DNA of 64,000 bases from Eledone cirrhosa (taxonomy: Eukaryota), in the NCBI GenBank assembly GCA_964016885.1, contig OZ024740.1, positions 75,578,001 through 75,642,000 on the forward strand, given 5' to 3'. The notes under the pieces were generated by a model, which saw only the letters and a program-made list of their open reading frames with translations, was not told the origin of the DNA and ran no database searches. Below are positions 1 through 12,919 of the stretch, piece after piece. Position numbers and translations under genes: made by a program. Positions within the stretch are counted from its first letter, which is position 1, and each line of letters begins with the position of its first letter.

Positions 1-15
1 ATGATACCAGTAACA

Positions 16-54
<39 letters not shown>

Positions 55-115
55 AGGCTGTTTTCATAATTGCAAACAAATCGAATATTATTATTAATAT
101 TCGAAAAACTCAGAT

Positions 116-146
<31 letters not shown>

Positions 147-240
147 GGGTGATTAACTACACGTGTTTTCCTCCAGAGAATTTTTTTCCTGTTTTCTTTC
201 TTTTCTTGCTCTCGTCTATCTTTCTATTTCTTCTTTGCTT

Positions 241-276
241 TCTTCCGATGAAGGACTAACTTCCGAAACGTTAAGA
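241..276 (+). ncRNA. Minimal hammerhead motif (U4C variant) in a Penelope-like terminal repeat
   Basis: UCUU-CCGAUGA-A-GGA cuaacu UCC-GAAA-CG-UU-AAGA: helix I UCUU/AAGA, palindromic ACGU helix III; module lies between (TA)n and (TG)n. Confidence 0.55.
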
Positions 277-377
277 CTCTCTCTTTACTATATCAAGCAT
301 TAAACTAATATATATCATCATTGAATAGTATTGTTCACAGGTGTTAGTTTTTCCTTGTTGACTTTTCTCATCTAAAT

Positions 378-1335
378 GTATATGTGTGTGTGTGTGTGTC
401 TACGTGCTTGTGTATGAGAGAAAATTTGAGTAAAAACGAGGAAAACAACAGACATCGTGTTCTTATGTGTGTTAGTGAGAGTGTGAGTGTGAGTGAGTAG
501 AGTGAGTATGGGAATAATTGAGTGTGTATGTGAGCAAATGAGTGAATGTGAATATATGTGACTAATGGAATGTGTGTGTTAGTGAGTGTGTGATTGAGTG
601 TGTAAGAGAGTGTGTGTGTGAGAGACAGAGTCAGTGAGTGTATGATTTATTGAATTAGAGAGTGAGTGTGTAAGTGCATGTGTACGTGTATGAGTGTGTG
701 TGGAGGTGAGTGTGTAAGTGAGTGCGCACATGTATGAGTGAGTGTGTGGGTGAAGGTATAAGTGAGTGTATACATATATAAGTGTATGTGTATGAGTGAC
801 TGTGTATGTATGAGTGAGTGTGTGTTTGAGAGTGTGTAAGTGTATGAGTGAGTGTATATGTAAGTATATGAGTGGGTGTGTGTGTAAGTGTATGAGTGGG
901 TGTGGGTGTAAGTGTATGAGTGAGTAATTGTGTAAGTATATGAGTGTGTGTGTGTAAGTGTATTAGTGTGTGTGTGTGTGTCTAAGTGTATGAGTGAGTG
1001 TGTGTAAGTGTATGAGTGGGTGTGTGTAAATGTATGAGTGTGTGTAAGTGTATGAGTGAGTGAGTGTCTAAGTGTATGAGTGAGAGTGTGTAAGTGTATG
1101 AGTGAGAGTGTGTAAGTGTATGAGTGTGTAAGTGTATGAGTGAGTGTGTGTGTTGGTGTTGGTGATAGTGGTGGTCGTCGTAGCGGTGATGGTGGTGTTT
1201 GTGGTGGTGGTGGTAGTAAAGGTGGTGGTAAAGGCGGTGGTGGTAGTGGTGGTAGTGGTGGTATTGGTGGTGGTGGTAGTGATGGTGGTGGTAGAGATGG
1301 TGGTGGTATCGGTGGTGGTGGTGTTGCTGGTAGTG
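378..1335. repeat. TG-rich minisatellite (TGTAAGTGTATGAGTG-type units) followed by (GGT)n
   Basis: Visible tandem low-complexity sequence. Confidence 0.9.
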
Positions 1336-1565
1336 AGAAACTAGTAAAAATAGCAGCCAATACCACCCAAGTTGTATAGATTGTCCACAATGTTTGGCCT
1401 GAGGTCCAGGAGATACGAGGTTTTAGTAGACAGTTTGAAAAGGAGTGAAAATTAAAATTTATTTATTGACATTATTGCCTCAATACATACATATCATACA
1501 TACATATATTCATTTATTCATACATATATACATTCATTTATACACACACACATATACATACATTT

Positions 1566-1605
<40 letters not shown>

Positions 1606-1899
1606 TCATTCATTAATACAAACATATATATACATGCATACATTCATTTACATACGTCATCACTGTTTAACATCTATCTCTCTATGCTAATACATAATTA
1701 TATATATATATATCGTCATCGTTTTAACATCCGCTTCCCCTGCCAGTATGAGTTGGATATACAAATACACAATCATTCATACATAAATGTATGTAGAAAA
1801 ATGCATATATATTTACATACATACATTCATATATATACACCCAGAATACCTACACTAAATGACTAAAACAAGTAAAACAATATACATACATACATATAG

Positions 1900-3160
1900 A
1901 TAACGAAAATATGGTCCTTGGAATTTTTTACACACAATAAATCAGTGGCCCACAGTGTTTTGTTGTATCTGTACTACTTGACTGGACACTAGATAAGATC
2001 CAAGCCATTAAAACCCAAAAAATTCTAACTAGCACCAAAAATTTCCATTTCAGCAGTCACATGGACTGCTTCTACCTATAACATAAGCAGAGAAGCAGAG
2101 TCTTAACATTGATCCAAATAACTTTTGAATGTCACATCATATCTCCTTGACAACATCTACTAATCAGCAAACATAGAAGTTCATCCATAGAGTATGACTG
2201 TCGATATAAGACAGATAACATCATGAAAGTTAGTAAGGAACTTCTTGAGAAGTACTCCACAAATGATAACCAAAAATACACACCAAGGGAAAATGCACAC
2301 CACTACCACAATGAATCAGAGGATGAAAAGCTGTACACTTGCAAGAAAGCTTCAAAAGGATGAAAAGCTGTCATGCTTGCCAGGAAGCTTCAAAGTGGGA
2401 GTAATACAGATAACCAGAGTATTTTATCTTGGACTAACAACTGGTATATTAGCTCTCACTTTGAAGGATATGTTTTTGCAATCCAGGAACAGAAAATACC
2501 AATAGAATACCTAATGCACAGAAAGGAACAGAGATGCAGGCAAAACACCTAGATATGACAGCAGGGGGAAACGTTGTGAAATAAACATCAATGATGTCAC
2601 CCACATCATAGGAACCTGTTTAAAGATGTCATCAAGGCATTATCTACCTATGAGCCATTAAGCTGTGGCTAACATTCTAAATAATGCAATCCATAGAAAG
2701 AATAGTCCTGAAGATAAAAATATAAAAAATCATAGCAATGTAGAGGACATATTCACATATAATATGAAAGAGTGCTGGTGGAATGTTCCAGTCAAAACCC
2801 CAGTAAAATGCAAACATAACAGACCAGATATAGTGAAATGGGACAAAAGAAAGAAAGCATGCACAATAATGGAGATCAGCTGCCCAGCAGATGTTAATAG
2901 GTTAATGTTAAAAATTGGTGAAAAGAATAACAACTATGCTGAACTAACGAAGAGTCTGCAGATACTCATCTCTGACTAGCTTTAGATTTGTACCTATGAT
3001 CATTGGGGCTCTTGGATATGTTACTAACTGCCTCAGTACAAATCCTGAGAAGCTAAGCTTCACAGAACCAAAAAGAGCTTGGCTAATCAGAAAATTACAA
3101 ATGCAATCAATTAATGGAACTGAAAAAATATGTAAAACATTCCAGAAGTTTAGCATATAA
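1900..3160 (+). mobile_element. Decayed RLE-type non-LTR retrotransposon (R4/Dong-like), 3' part
   Basis: HNRPDIVKWD...IMEISCPAD (PD-D/E nuclease motif) and VPMIIGALG; many stops. Confidence 0.75.
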
Positions 3161-3404
3161 TAACTACCTATAAACATGTATGTAGAAATATATGTACATA
3201 TCCACATATAACTCATTACATACAGGTTACTTATACAATGACATCATATGTTCTAACAACTCTGCCAATCCAATGCCTTACACACATATATACATACTTA
3301 CATCATACATGCATGCATACATACAACCCATTAATGGAACTGTTGAAATACATAAAACATTTCAGAGGTTTAGCATGTGTAATTATAGAACTATATATAT
3401 ATAT

Positions 3405-4638
3405 TATAGCTGAATCTATGGTAGAACTAGAGAAGAAATTCCAAACTTGGAAGCAGGGACTAGAAAGAAAGGGTCTCAAAGTCAACATGACAAAGACTAA
3501 GGTCCTTGTAAGTAGACGAGAAAACAGAACCCAGATCCCCTCAGGGAAATGACCTTGCTCAGTATGTAGGAAAGGTGTAGGTAGGAACTCCATTCTCTGC
3601 CCCAAATGCAAACAATGGGTACACAAGAGATGTAGCGGGATCTCAGGAAGCTTAATTAAGAATGTAGGCTTCACATGCAGCAGCTGTGCTGGGACAGCAA
3701 GCAGCAAACAGCCACAGGAAACAAGTACCACCAATCTCTGGGAGGGCTCTGTAGAAACAGTAGACAGCTTCTGCTACCTAGGTGACCGAATTAGCAGTGG
3801 AGGTGGGTGTAAGAACAGGATGGAAGAAGTTCAGGGAACTACTGCCACTGCTAGCGGCAAAAGGCTTTTCCCTCAAAATGAAAGGCAGACTGTATGATGC
3901 ATGTATATGAACAGCAATGTTACATGGTAGTGAGACCTGGGCACTGAAGGTGGAAGACTTACATAGATTAGAAAGAAACGAAGCCTGCATGCTCCAATGG
4001 ATGTGTAATAGTAATATACGTGAACGACAAAGCATAAATGAATTGAGAGAGAGACTGAGCATAAGAGGAATCAAATGCTGTGTGCAGGAGAGGCGGTTGT
4101 GTTGGTATGGACATGTGATGCGTATGAATGATGACAGCTGCATAAAAAGGTGCAGAGCACTAGAAGTCAATGGAAACCGCGGAGTGGGGAGACCCAAGAA
4201 GACCTGGGATGAGGTGATAAAAGCCGACCTTACCCAATTACACCTCTCAAAGGCGATGACACACGACCGTGATCTCTGGCGTCACGCAGTAATACAGAGT
4301 ACCTGACCTCCCATGGGTACAAGCTGAATCATATAGACAATATGCCCCCACACCCTCCCACTGCAAGGTGGTCGTGGAAGTGCCACGGCAAAAAAACACC
4401 CAGCCCACACTGTAAAGTGGACGTGTAGGCGCCATAGAAAAAGCACCCAGCACTCACTGTAAATGAGGTTTGTGTTAGGAAGGGCATCCAGCTGTAGAAA
4501 TCAAGCCAAAATCAGTTTCTGTATGAGCAAGGCATGGTCAGCCGACCAGACACTGCCCACAACAGGACAACCCGTCTAACCCATGCTAGCATGGAAGAAC
4601 GGACGTAAAACGGTGATGATGATGATGATGATGATGAT
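3405..4638 (+). mobile_element. 5'-truncated, disrupted RTE LINE with a PHD-type zinc finger
   Basis: GLKVNMTKTK; CSVC..CPKC..HKRC..CSSC; SFCYLG; HGSETW; WYGHVMRM; GRPKKTW; (GAT)n tail; stops and frameshifts. Confidence 0.88.
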
Positions 4639-4645
4639 ATATATC

Positions 4646-4677
<32 letters not shown>

Positions 4678-4768
4678 GTCCTGGGTTCAATTGGGGGTAA
4701 CAACAGTAAGTAATGTACTCAATACATAGTAGAGTATATACAAAATTTAATATAGAAATAGCTTCTAG

Positions 4769-4813
4769 AGGACTAGAACTGTTTCATTTGAAGGAAATCA
4801 TCAGGAAAGTCCT
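4769..4813 (-). ncRNA. Degenerate hammerhead motif downstream of the PIH1D2 stop
   Basis: Minus strand AGGACUUUC-CUGAUGA-UUUCCUUCAAAU-GAAA-CAGUU-CUAGUCCU; distal helix I AGGACU/AGUCCU pairs, proximal pairs are broken. Confidence 0.5.
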
Positions 4814-5040
4814 AGTACATGACTGGTACTTTATTTTATCGACAGCGAAAGAATGAAAGGTAAAGTTGAGACTGTTAGTATTTGAACACTGTAATGATTC
4901 TGCCAATCCTCTGCCACATCATAGCAATATAACATTGAAACAATATATATGAAAAATCTATTCAATTGTATCTAAATATATTTGTGAAGATTTACACATC
5001 AAAAAGATGTAAGAATGTTTGTGTCTGTCAGAAATGGTTT

Positions 5041-5184
5041 TCAAAGAGGTTCCAGATATGGAAGTTTGACAGATAAAATGGATTTGTCTTTGTGGAACTG
5101 AGCATTTGATCTTGATTCATCAACATGTGTGTCAAGTGGGAGAAAAAGGTCATATTTTCCTGCAACTGTAACCACCAAAACATC
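5041..5184 (-). CDS. PIH1D2: PIH1D2 last coding exon
   Basis: tttcag|GAT; DVLVVTVAGKYDLFLPLDTHVDESRSNAQFHKTKSILSVKLPYLEPL* resembles human DDLLIEVSEKYRLHLNLP...AKFIKEKSTLIITMP; joined CDS 996 nt = 331 aa + stop. Confidence 0.9.
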   Translation of the reverse strand, partial: DVLVVTVAGKYDLFLPLDTHVDESRSNAQFHKDKSILSVKLPYLEPL

Positions 5185-5746
5185 CTGAAATTTGAAAAGA
5201 AATTACATTATATATATATACAGAGAGAGAGAGAAAGAAAGCATGAAAGTATGTGTATTTAGAAAATGACAAGTGGAATTTGAAAGTTCAAATAGATTTT
5301 GGCTTATTTTTGATTAAATAAAATATGGCAAATTCTTCTAATTCAATGGTCATATTGATAAATATATATACATATATATATAAAGGGTAAAGTTCCCCTT
5401 CGGTCATGAATGACCATGAGATTTGCACCTAGAAAGTTCCCTCTGAGGCACAAGTCCAGGCAAGGTTGTTTGTAGAAGACCAGCAGTCGCCCATGCATAT
5501 CAGTCTCCTCTCTCCACGCCACCGATGTTGTTCAAAGGAACGGCAAAGGCCAATACAGCTTGGCACCAGTGATGTCGGAACTCATTTCTACAGCTGAATA
5601 AACTGGAACAATATGAAATAAAGTGTCTTTCTCAAGGACACAACACAAAGCCCATTCCTAGAATCGAACTCACAGCCTCACATTTGCAAGCCCGATATAT
5701 ATATATATGTGTGTGTGTGTGTGAGTGTGTGTGTGTGTATATGTAT

Positions 5747-5822
5747 AAGCACCTGAAGATTAGGTCTCAATTTCGATCCCTCTTACATTCTGGAGATCTG
5801 GTTGAAACCTTAGGTAGTGCTT
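5747..5822 (+). ncRNA. Type I hammerhead ribozyme (Penelope/retrozyme-like), near-canonical
   Basis: Helix I AAGCAC/GUGCUU; core CUGAAGA; helix II UUAGGUCUC/GAGAUCUGG; UU then GAAA; near-palindromic helix III ACCU-U-AGGU; cleavage triplet GUA, cut after 5816. Confidence 0.8.
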
Positions 5823-7339
5823 TTGTTTCGTGTATGAACATAAATAAATAATATATATATATATATATTTTTTTTTTTATTTCTGTAGAGTAAGGCTACT
5901 TGAGTTCAACAGGAGTGGCAGTTGATTTGTTGAATATAGGATAGCTAGATGACTTTTGGTTAGTTGCAGGTCATTCACACTGAGATCCAAAGAATTTATT
6001 GGGTATTCCAAGCTGATTGTAGTAATTTACTTTGACATTTTAATGTATTCTTAGATAAGGTTCAGCCACATCCGCAATCGTTCTGGCACCATGAACTTAC
6101 AAGCAGAGAGTGTTAAAATCAATTCCTAGTTTTTTTATATGATTAAAGGGTTTGGTTGTGGAATCAGACTCTATGCTAGTTAGGCTTATAATAGGAGAAA
6201 GTTTTAAACAGTTTATGTCTACAATTGAAAATGCGTTCTATTCTATAACTTACTATATTTTTTCTGGTAATAATGTAGTATTACAGTATACAAATGCTAC
6301 ATACACCCGTATCTTGTTTGTACTGGTCGGCGAATCCTAGGATAGACCAAGAAATCTCATACTTAATTCCATTCCCCTCCAATTCCCATATTTTGTTGGC
6401 TAAAGTGGTAGAATTTTTGAGTTTATGATTTTTGAAAGAATGAGTGTGAACATACCATCTTTTCTTAAAGACATTTGAAGTAGCTCCTATTTATTTTATT
6501 TTCTGTTTGTTTTCACTAATCACACACTGGTATACTATGTTGCTGCACATACACATATTTTGTATGGGGCAATGGAGGAGGAGGAACAGCAGCAGCATTT
6601 AAAAAGCATTGATTCCAAACCCATGCAAGCGTGGAACATGGACATTAAACGATGATGATGAAGATGATGATGATCATTGACATTGAAATATGTGAATGAG
6701 GAACCTCAAAAGCAGAAAGCGAAAATGTGGAAAATTAATTCAAAATATAGCTTGAATAGTCTTATCTTTTCATGGCTGAGTTTTATTTACTTCATGGGTT
6801 TTACTTCGAAAGAGACAGGACAGGAGCGCTGCTATATTACTAAATCCCTCCCAGTTTTTTATGATTGTCAAAATAATTTGAAAAACACATGCTGCCTTTT
6901 TCATTGGGAATAAGAAGTATAGCTGTCTTTGAGGCAGCAAATTGGCAGAGTTATTAAAGCATAGGACAAAATGCCATGTGCTATTTGTTTTGGCTGTCTA
7001 CACTTTCTAAAGTTTTGAACTGAAACTAATCAAAGAAAAAGAATGAACGTGAGAATGGAATATGAGGCAATTTTAATGTGGGAACATAATCACTCTGATT
7101 GCTACTTAAATACCAGTCATATAGCACGATCAATGCAATAAACCCTCCATCTTTCTTATATCCCTCTGAGATCTCTGGACAACTAAACAAATTAATCATA
7201 TTTCATCTTTAAAAAGGTAAGGGTAGGGCTCATAACTAATGATAAAGTTGGGTGGGGATGGGGGGCTTCTCTGACAATCAGCATGTTTGGGGTATCTTAA
7301 ACCTGGTAGAGTTTATCCTTCTATAGGTCTGAACAAAAC

Positions 7340-8290
7340 AGATTGGATTGGACTAGGTTCAATCGAACCAGTTCAAGCCAGATCAGATCAGACTGGGTTT
7401 AATCAGATTGGATTGGGTCAAACCAGATCAAATCAGACTGGATCAAACCAGATCAGATCAGGCTGGGTCAAACTGGACCGGATCAGACCGGGTTGGATAA
7501 AACAGGATTGGATTAGACCAGGCCAGAACAGATCAGACCAGACCAGACCAGATCAGGACAGATCGAATCAGATCAGAGTGAATTGGGTCAGACCAGGTCG
7601 GATCAGATTAGACCAGATCAGATTGCTCCAGACCAGATTGGGCCAGATTGGATCAGATTGGGTCAGACTAGATTGGATCAAACCAGATTGGATCAGATCA
7701 GACCAGACCAGACAAGGCTGGATCAGAGCAGACTGTATCGGATCGAACAAGGCTAGATTGAATCAAATCAGACAAGATCAGATTAGACCAGATCAGGTCA
7801 AACCCGATTGGATCAGACTGGATTAGGTCAAATTGGATTGGATCAGGCCAGATCAGATAAGACCAGATTGGGTCAGACTGGATCAGGTCAAACCAGATTG
7901 GGTTAGATCTGATCAGATCAAACTTGATTGGGTTAGACCATATCAGATCAGACTAGACCAAATCATATTGGGATCAAGGTGGATCAAATTGCTCTAGACC
8001 AGATCGGATCAAAATGGGTCAAATCAGATTAGGTCAAACTGGATCAGATCAAACCAGATTGGACCAGATCAGATCATACCTGACGAGATCAGACCAGACT
8101 GGATCAGAGCAGACCAGATTGGATCAGATGGATCAGGTCAAACTAAATTGGATCAGACTGCATCAGTTCAAACTGGATCGGGTCAGACTGGATCAGATCA
8201 GACTGGATCTGCATAGACCAGATAAGATCAAACTGGACGGGATCAGATCAGATTGGGATCAGGCCAAATCGAATTGCTCCAGACCAGATA
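7340..8290 (+). repeat. Degenerate pentamer satellite (GATCA/GACCA/GATTG/GACTG/GGTCA/AACCA)
   Basis: 5-nt periodicity over about 950 bp. Confidence 0.9.
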
Positions 8291-8292
8291 AG

Positions 8293-8432
8293 GCCACTGT
8301 GGAAAATGAAAAAGTTGAAGATAGTGCCAATTGTTGTTGGGGCCTTGGAGTCAGTATCAAAAGATATTGAGAAGAACATAAAGAAAAGGGAAATAAAGTG
8401 TCCAGTAGAGCTATTGCAAAACTTTTGCTTCC
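8293..8432 (+). mobile_element. R4/Dong-like RLE C-terminal fragment
   Basis: PLWKMKKLKIVPIVVGALESV...VELLQ parallels the C-terminus of the 57-58 kb element (MWKLRTKTIPVVVGVLG). Confidence 0.55.
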
Positions 8433-8509
8433 TTGACCTAATCTGGTCTGGATCAATCCGATAATAATAAATAAACAGAATTATGCTAAAACACATATAT
8501 ACACATACA

Positions 8510-9620
8510 TATCCTCACTCTCTCTTCTTCTATACCTGCTGAGACCTCTTCCTAGATAAGATGGTGTTTTGCTTTGCTTTGAACTTTTCCCACCTAGGTC
8601 TTTAAAGAATCCCAATCTGCCCACCAGCTCCTTTTTCTGAATCTTCACTCTACTATCAGCACTGTTCTCCTTGCTCTCCATTTCCTGTCTATCCTCACCT
8701 TGATGCCACCTAGTGCAGTATGATCTGATCCAGTCTGAGCTGATCTGGTCTGACACAATCCAGTTTGAAATGATACAGTCTGATCTAATCCAGTTTGATC
8801 CAATTTGGGTTAATCTGATCCAATCTGGCATGGTTTGATCCAATCTGGTCTGATCTAGTCTGGTCTGGTCCAATCTGGTTTGATCCAATCACTGGAGTTT
8901 CTTTATTGCAGTAATTCTCTTCTTCATACCACCATAAACTTCTATGTGAGGCTACTGAATACAAGCTGCAAGATGTTGCTTGTCCTGTATAGTGCTGTAC
9001 TACTGACACTATGGGGAAAACACAAACATCTGCAGAGAAAACTGCAGGCCTTCCTTTCAAGGGACTCTACTGTTGTAGAAGAGTCTGTGTAAACCAACAG
9101 AGGCTACATCAATTGGAACAGAATAGCGATAAATTCAGGCATTGAATAATATGGGTAGGCTAAGCTAGATAACCCTAGTAAGTCAAGCTTCAAGGCCTTG
9201 CTTGAACTCTTTAATGCAGCAGTCTTCAGCAATCAAAGAATTTCCCCAGACTCTTGACATGTTTCTCTGAAATGGTGGGAATGGCAGCTCCAAATACTGA
9301 AAATTGGAATATGTTAACCACTTCCTTCAGTACCACAAACCTCAATTTTACAAACTTGAGCTTGATCTTTGCCCAAGAGCTTGCAAAATCTACCTATGGT
9401 CTGGGACCAATGATGTGATAATCAAGTCATTTATGAAAGCTCTTAGCAAGGGCAGTACACCCGATCTAGATAGAGAGATTCTGTACTTCACTTTAACTGA
9501 ATCGTCCATCATGTTCAAAACAGGGGCAGAAAGAATAACAGAGATGGTACATGTTACTATTCCTTTCCCAAGCTGGAGCCAGTCTGAAATTACTGATCCA
9601 AGTGTTACCCATATATATAG
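8510..9620 (-). mobile_element. Decayed HERO-like RLE non-LTR retrotransposon, split by a pentamer array
   Basis: Minus-strand LRAFINDL; PLLVY..STTVESLERK..SFL...ALY...LQLVFSSLT; RNSSD | GGIKVRIDRKWRA, recalled as HERO-clade ORF motifs. Confidence 0.65.
8712..8888 (-). repeat. Same pentamer satellite in opposite orientation (short copy also at 8433-8460)
   Basis: TGATC/TGGTC/CAATC/CAGTT units. Confidence 0.85.
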
Positions 9621-10328
9621 CGAGAGAGATTATATGCTTAAGGTAAAATAAGATACACACACACATACATACATACATACATACATACATACATACATAC
9701 ATACATACATAACCCATGCTAGCGTGGAAAGTGGACGTTAAACGAAGATGATGATACATACACTCACACACTGATATAAATATTCTTCTTTTTCTTCACC
9801 CACTTATTCCGGAGTGTCATGTCCTCAAACACTCCTTCGAGCGAGTCCTGTCAGAAACAACCATCTCCAACTGATCTGGCTGGATCCCCAAGCTACACCA
9901 CCCAAGCTCATGGATGTTATCCATCCATTTGGCTCAGAGTCTACCCCTAGGTCTCTGGCTGGTTGGTTTTGCCAGTAAAATCTGTCCAGCGATTCTTTCC
10001 AGAGACATTCTAACCACATGCCCATAGTATCTCTCAATTCGGAGAAGTAACAGCTCTACCTGGAATGACTTTATATATATATTAGGAAGTGCATCAAGTA
10101 GCCAAAGTGTACGATTAATTTATATCTGTATATATACAGAGTGAATAACCAATATATAAACATGCCAGAATTACGAATTTCCCTGTAAATGTCAAAAATG
10201 ATAAACACCTTTAATCGATTTTCGGACCTAGTTGGGTCCTCACCAAAAGACGTGTATATCATCTAAACCACAAGGAAACGTATTTTATGAGCTTATATAC
10301 CCAATCGCTCGAAGTAGTATTCTGAATA

Positions 10329-10485
<157 letters not shown>

Positions 10486-10873
10486 TTATTCCTTCCCTGC
10501 TTCCTTCGCTTTCCCAATAACTTATCCAGTTATTGACGCCTTGGAGTGAAGTGGTATCTTGTCTTTAAAGCATAGAAATATCCTAGACCCCCAGTAAACA
10601 ACTGATGAAGAAAACTCCCCCCCCCCCCGTGCTTGCTTTCTTCGTATTCCCACTGCATTTTAAGTTACCTTAAATAGCAACTACACAGCCATTTCTATTC
10701 TGCATATATTTCATCATCTTTATATATATATATATAGAAATATTAAAACAATGAAATTAAACACAAAACTGTTAATTCACAGTAAAACATATTATTTTAC
10801 GATCGTTTCTGGGGGGGTAGTTCCCTGTATGTTCATACAATTATTGATCTATGTAAAACATATTACAAAATAT

Positions 10874-12888
10874 TGTAGTGACCTACATTCCGCGGGCTCA
10901 CATACATTCTCTGTGCGTGATTTGGCTCAGCTCAGCCAATCAGCGCCAGTAGAAGAGGATGTATCCCTACGCGTCCTGAGGGAGAAATTCCCCGCGAAGA
11001 TTTGAAGAATCTTCCTCTCGCACCAGGAACTTCGAACCAGCAACACGTACATGTGACGGTGAGATTTTGCACCTTAGCCTGCCAGCTTTCCGGCGCAATG
11101 GCACATTCCCTTTTGTAACCGCATTTTATGTGTAACTTCAACCATACAAGTTAACCAACATTATTTGTGCTACAACAAAAATAAACATACATTTCATCTC
11201 TAATTTCTGCTGTTGACGTCATTATTATGTTACTCGTGTCTCAATAACATTTATAAACCATGCTTTCAAATTGGTGACCTGACGTGAGGAATATTGTAAA
11301 TACAAAATATTCCTATAAAAATTTTAAAAAAATTAGCAGTATTTCAAAAACTTTTCGCCACGAGGAAATTTCAAAATGGCTACTGACAAGTCCTGTCTAC
11401 AATCAACAACAACAACAACAACAGCAGCAGCAGCAGCAGCGACAACATTGTTTAACCACTAACCAACAACAGGGAATAGTGATATGGCAGCTTCATAGCC
11501 TTACCGACGCAGCCACCACACATCATATTGTTTACTTCTATGCTTTCACATGTATTTTTTTCTTTCGATACGGCTTCTTGCAATACAAACAAGCAACACA
11601 ACCTTATGTCACACAAGGTGGCAGGACGGTAAAATGGCCACGAAAACTCTCAAAAACAATATACATCTAACCCCTAGTGGCATTAACAAACTTCTTTTTC
11701 AGTTTTCAGATAGAACTAGTGTCAGAAAGTCTGTACACTGGTGATGTGTGAACTATTTGACTTTGAAAAACTTTGAACTTATCATTGAGCATTAATTTCT
11801 TTGCTCCCTTATATTGACTTTGAAATATCAGTTTGTTACATTCACATATTTCTTTGTAAAATGCATTTACTTGTTTTGTGCTCTTTTGCTATTTGCTTGC
11901 TCATGGTTTTTATTCATTCACATTCTTTGCTGTTTTACATGCCTGCATATGCACACATTTCTTTGTCACCTACCAACATGTTGTTCTTAGTATATGTTCT
12001 TCAAACGTAATATTCTGCGAGATCATGGCAGTGAGACCTGGGCATTGTGTGCAGAGGATATACGCAGACTAGAGAGGAACGAAGCTTGCATGCTCCGCTG
12101 GATGTGCAATAGTAATATACGTGAACGGCAAAGCATAAACGAACTAAGGAAAAAATTAGAAATAAGAGGGATCAGATGTTGTTTACTCGAGAGAAGGCTA
12201 CGTTGGTACGGTCACGTGATGCGCATGAAAGACGACAGCTGTATAACAAAGTGCAGGGCAATAAAGATAGACGGTAGCCACGGAGTAGGCAGACCCAGAA
12301 AAACATGGGACGAGCTGATAAATTCCGACCTCACACGCTTACACCTCTCCAAGACAATGTCACTGGACCGAGACCTTTGGCGGTACTCAGTAATAGAGAA
12401 GACCCGCCTTACCTAAATACAAAGTACAGTCAGTAGGCATCTCTATCAAAACACCCCCCGTCCCACCACCTCCACCCCATCCACACCGCCCCTTTCAATG
12501 TAAAGTTATGTTGGTCCCACAACATCCAGGCCGAAACAAATGAGATCGTGTAGGTGTCACGATAAAAAACACACAGTCCACGCTGTAAATGTGGCCGTGT
12601 AGGCAACACGGTAAAAACCTCCCAGCCCCACACTGTAAATGTGGTTGGTGTTAGGAAGGGCATCCAGCTGTAGAAAACCCGCCAGACAGTCCACGCTGTA
12701 ATGTGGCCGTGTAGGCAACACAGTAAAAACCTCCCAGCCCCACACTGTAAATGTGGTTGGTGTTAGGAAGGGCATCCAACTGTAGAAAACCCGCCAGACA
12801 GTCCTATGCGAGCAAGACAACCACTCTTGCCTCAAGTGGGAAAACCCCCGTCCAAACCCATGCAAGCGTGGAACACGGACGCTAAACC

Positions 12889-12919
<31 letters not shown>

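Noticed and set aside
647-1390. 247-aa Pro/His/Thr-rich ORF and overlapping Gly- or Val-rich ORFs
   Set aside because: Translations of (GGT)n and a TG-rich minisatellite; no splice or domain support.
7287-8370. ORFs with pentapeptide-like repeats (DQIRL/DWIRS)
   Set aside because: Produced by the 5-nt DNA satellite; frames are similar to each other and broken by stops.
11284-11670. Poly-Q ORF after the PBS as a possible gag or host gene
   Set aside because: Driven by a (CAA/CAG)n tract; no recognisable gag motifs.
12574-12804. Repeat-spacer-like pattern suggesting a CRISPR array
   Set aside because: It is a 113-bp tandem duplication in an RTE 3' UTR; no unique spacers, no cas genes, eukaryotic context.
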